From: Guillardia theta CCMP2712
Lineage: Eukaryota > Protista > Cryptophyta
DNA: 64,000 bases
Assembly (NCBI RefSeq): GCF_000315625.1
Contig: NW_005434654.1
Location: forward strand, 556,632 to 620,631
Reading direction: 5' to 3'
In this document: piece after piece, positions 61,053-64,000 of the stretch
Position numbering within the stretch: position 1 is the stretch's first letter
Layout of the letters: the number at the start of each line of letters is the position of its first letter
The notes under the pieces: generated by a model
Told to the model about the DNA's origin: nothing
What the model saw: only the letters and a program-made list of their open reading frames with translations
Databases searched by the model: none
Translations under genes and position numbers: made by a program

Positions 61053-61292
61053 GAACAGCTGAGGGAGGGAAAGAGCAGCTGAGGGAGGGAAAGAGCAGCT
61101 GAGGGAGGGAAAGAACAGCTGAGGGAGGGAAAGAACAGCTGAGGGAGGGAAAGAGCAGCTGAGGGAGGGAAAGAACAGCTGAGGGAGGGAAAGAACAGCT
61201 GAGGGAGGGAAAGAACAGCTGAGGGAGGGAAAGAACAGCTGAGGGAGGGAAAGGGCAGGTGAGGGAGGGAAAGAACAGCTGAGGGAGGAGGA
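61053..61292 (+). repeat. 20-bp tandem repeat (GA[A/G]CAGCTGAGGGAGGGAAA) x~12
   Basis: Near-perfect units ending a few nt before the ATG at 61300. Confidence 0.95.
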
Positions 61293-61299
61293 GAGCATT

Positions 61300-63610
61300 A
61301 TGCGTCCGTCAGAGCTGTGGGTCCTGCTTGCCATTATCTTCACCTGCCAGGAGGTAGGGAGAACAGAAACAACCAAGTTCGCAGCTGCGCCGGATAGATT
61401 ACAGCAGCAGGACCTTGACCGCAAAGTCCTCATGTCGCTAATGAACACTCTCCACGAGCAAGCAGAAGACGGGAACGCGACGGCGACTCGGCTCTTGGGA
61501 TGTTGTGTATCCTTGCAGTCTTCCAGAGCATCCGACCTCACCCTTGCCTTCCGCTGCTTCCTGACCGCGTCTCAGTTGGGAGATGTGGACTCCAAGTTCA
61601 ACCTAGCCGTTTGCTATGCTGCTGGTCGAGGCGTGCGCCAAGATCAGGTGAGTTCTCGGGCATCTCGCCATGTTGCTTCTGGTCAGACCATGTCTCTTCT
61701 TGCAGTACAAAGCGAGCAAGTTGTTCCTGGAGGTGGCGGATGCCGGCGATGCGGAGGTGGCAGGAAGGGCGCGAGTGTTGGAGGTCTTGATGCTTCCAAC
61801 AGGCTCAGTATGTCATGGGCAAACGATTTGCAGAGGGGAAGGGATGCGAGCAGGACATTGTGAGACTGAGCGAGGGAATCGCACTCTGACGGGGGAGCAG
61901 GAGCGATCGAACGAGCTGCTTCTGCTTGCAGCTCAGGCGGGGCATCGAGCCGCATCGTTCAACATCGCATGGAGGTTCATGAAAGGTATTTCCCACGCCT
62001 CCCTCCTCAAGCCACACCGTGATGCCATGGGCTGTCGCAGGGAAGGGAATGCGATTAAGGAAGGAGATTCAACCTTTCTATCTGGGAGGAGGAACAGCCA
62101 AACTGTTGACGAACGCGAGGTGAGGCGAGGAGGCTTCCTCCATGCTCTCATGAGCTTCATCAGCAAGAAACTAGCCAACACGCATGGACCGGATCCGGTT
62201 GAAGCAGAAAAATGGTTCGAGCAGTCGGCAACATCTGGGTACGCAAAGGTGATGTGCTCTAAGATTGTATCCACGATGACAAGTGATTGCAGTCTCTGTA
62301 CAATCTCTGCAACATCAGACGTAAGGCAGACAAGCAAGTCATTCAGGGAAGCACTTTGCGCTTGTTGATTCTGGCAGCAAAGAACGACTACCCTCGGGCC
62401 CAGGTCTCCTCCCCCTCTGCTACTTCCTGACTGATCCAACGCTCTTGTTCCTCGTGCAGTATGCTCTCTCGAGATTGATATGCCGATTTGTTTCGTCGAA
62501 TAAGCCGCTATCATCGGTCACATCAAGTCCAGACCTCCATCTGAATCGAAGACTTTTCAACACTAGCGTCATCCTCCTATGCAGGTCGGCTGCCCAGGTA
62601 GAAGAACAAGCTGCTGAGACAGGGGGCTCTGAATGTGTGCAGGGATATCCCAAGGCTCTCTACACTCTCGGGCTCCGCTATCAATGGATGCGAGGGGTGA
62701 GCAGAAGCGTCTTGAGCAGACGCTCTTGTTGACGTGGAGGGTTGGCCTGCTGCAGAACGACACTGCCAACCTCGTGAGAGCGATGAGATGTTTCAATGCA
62801 GCTCATCGTCATGGATATGCCAAGGTCTGACATGTCGCATGAGCCTCCATGACATGACGCGCAGGCCCTCCAGCGCTGGAAAGACTGCAACCAAACCTAC
62901 TTCCTCCTGACTGAACCTGAGCGGATGGAGCGCGAGAGGGTCAGCCCGCGCAAGTCTTCAGCGTGTTGACCTTGACGCATGAGTGGTAGAGAGAGCGAAG
63001 GCGTTTGAAGAGGCAGGAAGAGGAAGCGGAGCTGAACATTCGGTGAGCTGGTCCATCAGTCTTGAAGATGCTCACCGTCATGGTCCTGGTAGGAACGAGA
63101 TCGCCAAGATCGTGAAGCCCTTGCACGACGACGTCCAAGACCGAGCTCGCTGGTTGTGTTGGATTTGTGCGAGCTCAGCTTACGATCATGCAGCGTTCAA
63201 ATCCTGCAGGAGACCTGGGAGGTTGTCAAGCAGAGGCACCAACGAGCGGAGAATGATCAGATCTTCAAGAAGTTCACAGAGGAGATACAAGGAGACAGAC
63301 CCCGCAACTTCGACTTGGACGAGGTGCAGAACGCAAACCCGCTGCAAGAGGTCATGCAAGAGTTCGAGGAGCGGGAGGAGCGGGAGGAGCAGCATGCCTT
63401 TATCGTGTCCCCAAACAAAATCTTCGAAGAGGAGATGAAGAAGCTAGGTTCAAAGATACTGGCGGATGTGCAGGACAGGTAGAGCTTGTATGGACTTGTC
63501 TCGTTTGCTGATCTCTTTTCAGGCAGGAAGTGGACAAATCGACGCTGGCAGAGAGGGAAAAAGAGCGAGAGAAGCGTCTCGAGTATCAGGATGTGGATGC
63601 CTTGGACTAG
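61300..63610 (+). CDS. Secreted Sel1-like repeat protein (multi-exon)
   Basis: Signal peptide MRPSELWVLLAIIFTC; ASQLGDVDSKFNLAVCYAAGRGVRQD, AAQAGHRAASFNIA, AEKWFEQSATSGYAK, GYPKALYTLG. Confidence 0.82.
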
Positions 63611-63654
63611 ATGTACATTCATAACAAATAAACAAACATGCGCTACCATTCGCC

Positions 63655-64000
63655 TCAACACACCTTGGGGAGTATGCAGATGGCCTGTCCTTCCACGAGT
63701 CTGTCCGTGCTCGACAGCGACACGTTGACAGCAAGGTCGGGGTTCCAGAAGACCAAGTCGTCGATGGTGACCATGAACTTGGCGGACAGAGACTGGAGGG
63801 TGTCGCTTGCCAGAGCTTTGTAGACTTGCCCGAGCAGGAGCTCTGTTCCGACTCCGGGGAGTGCCGGGTGAACCAGCTGCTCGTTGCCGCTCCAGAGGTT
63901 CAGCCATGTCGTCCGCCACACGTGGGAGATGTCGTAGAGAGACTCGCCCTCCTGCACATCAAAGGTCAACACACCAGCAGCAGGTGCTCATGAGCCTTAC
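63655..64000 (-). CDS. LysM-domain protein, 3' part only (continues beyond the window)
   Basis: FDVQEGESLYDISH...LWSGN and YKALASDTLQSLSAKF.VTIDDLVFWNPDL...LVEGQAICI: two LysM repeats. Confidence 0.8.

Noticed and set aside
60927-61541. 204-aa minus-strand repeat ORF
   Set aside because: Artefact of the stop-free 20-bp minisatellite and antisense to the Sel1 gene

Overview
Gene-dense eukaryotic nuclear DNA with many short (~40-60 nt) GT-AG introns, usually with a CTGAC/CTAAC branch point. Flagellar genes and an ER-signal-plus-transit (bipartite) targeting sequence point to an alga with a complex plastid. The style resembles the cryptophyte Guillardia theta, but that is my inference. I reconstructed about 22 genes by eye from the exon fragments: SETD9-like, secreted beta-helix protein, GH47 mannosidase, SLC25A32-like carrier, bestrophin, multi-CBM20/PDZ protein, CFAP46, SRP14, fucosyltransferase, PPR protein, CNBD cation channel, CYB5D2, VHL-domain membrane protein, enkurin, zf-4CXXC_R1 protein, zinc-finger/RRM/PPR protein, UBL protein, RPP40, mitochondrial uL1, FAS1-GrpE, Sel1 and LysM. 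The most unusual items are: (1) a spliceable gene with five CBM20 starch-binding modules fused to a PSMD9/Nas2-like PDZ domain; (2) a plastid-targeted fasciclin-GrpE fusion; (3) a PBZ-like zinc finger + RRM + PPR protein; (4) a candidate H/ACA snoRNA in an oversized SRP14 intron; (5) recurring strand-biased TACCCC clusters and GC-rich palindromic patches in intergenic DNA; (6) an apparent frameshift in RPP40 and a probable misassembly beside the N-gap. Exon boundaries and family names come from manual reading and motif recall; no searches were run.
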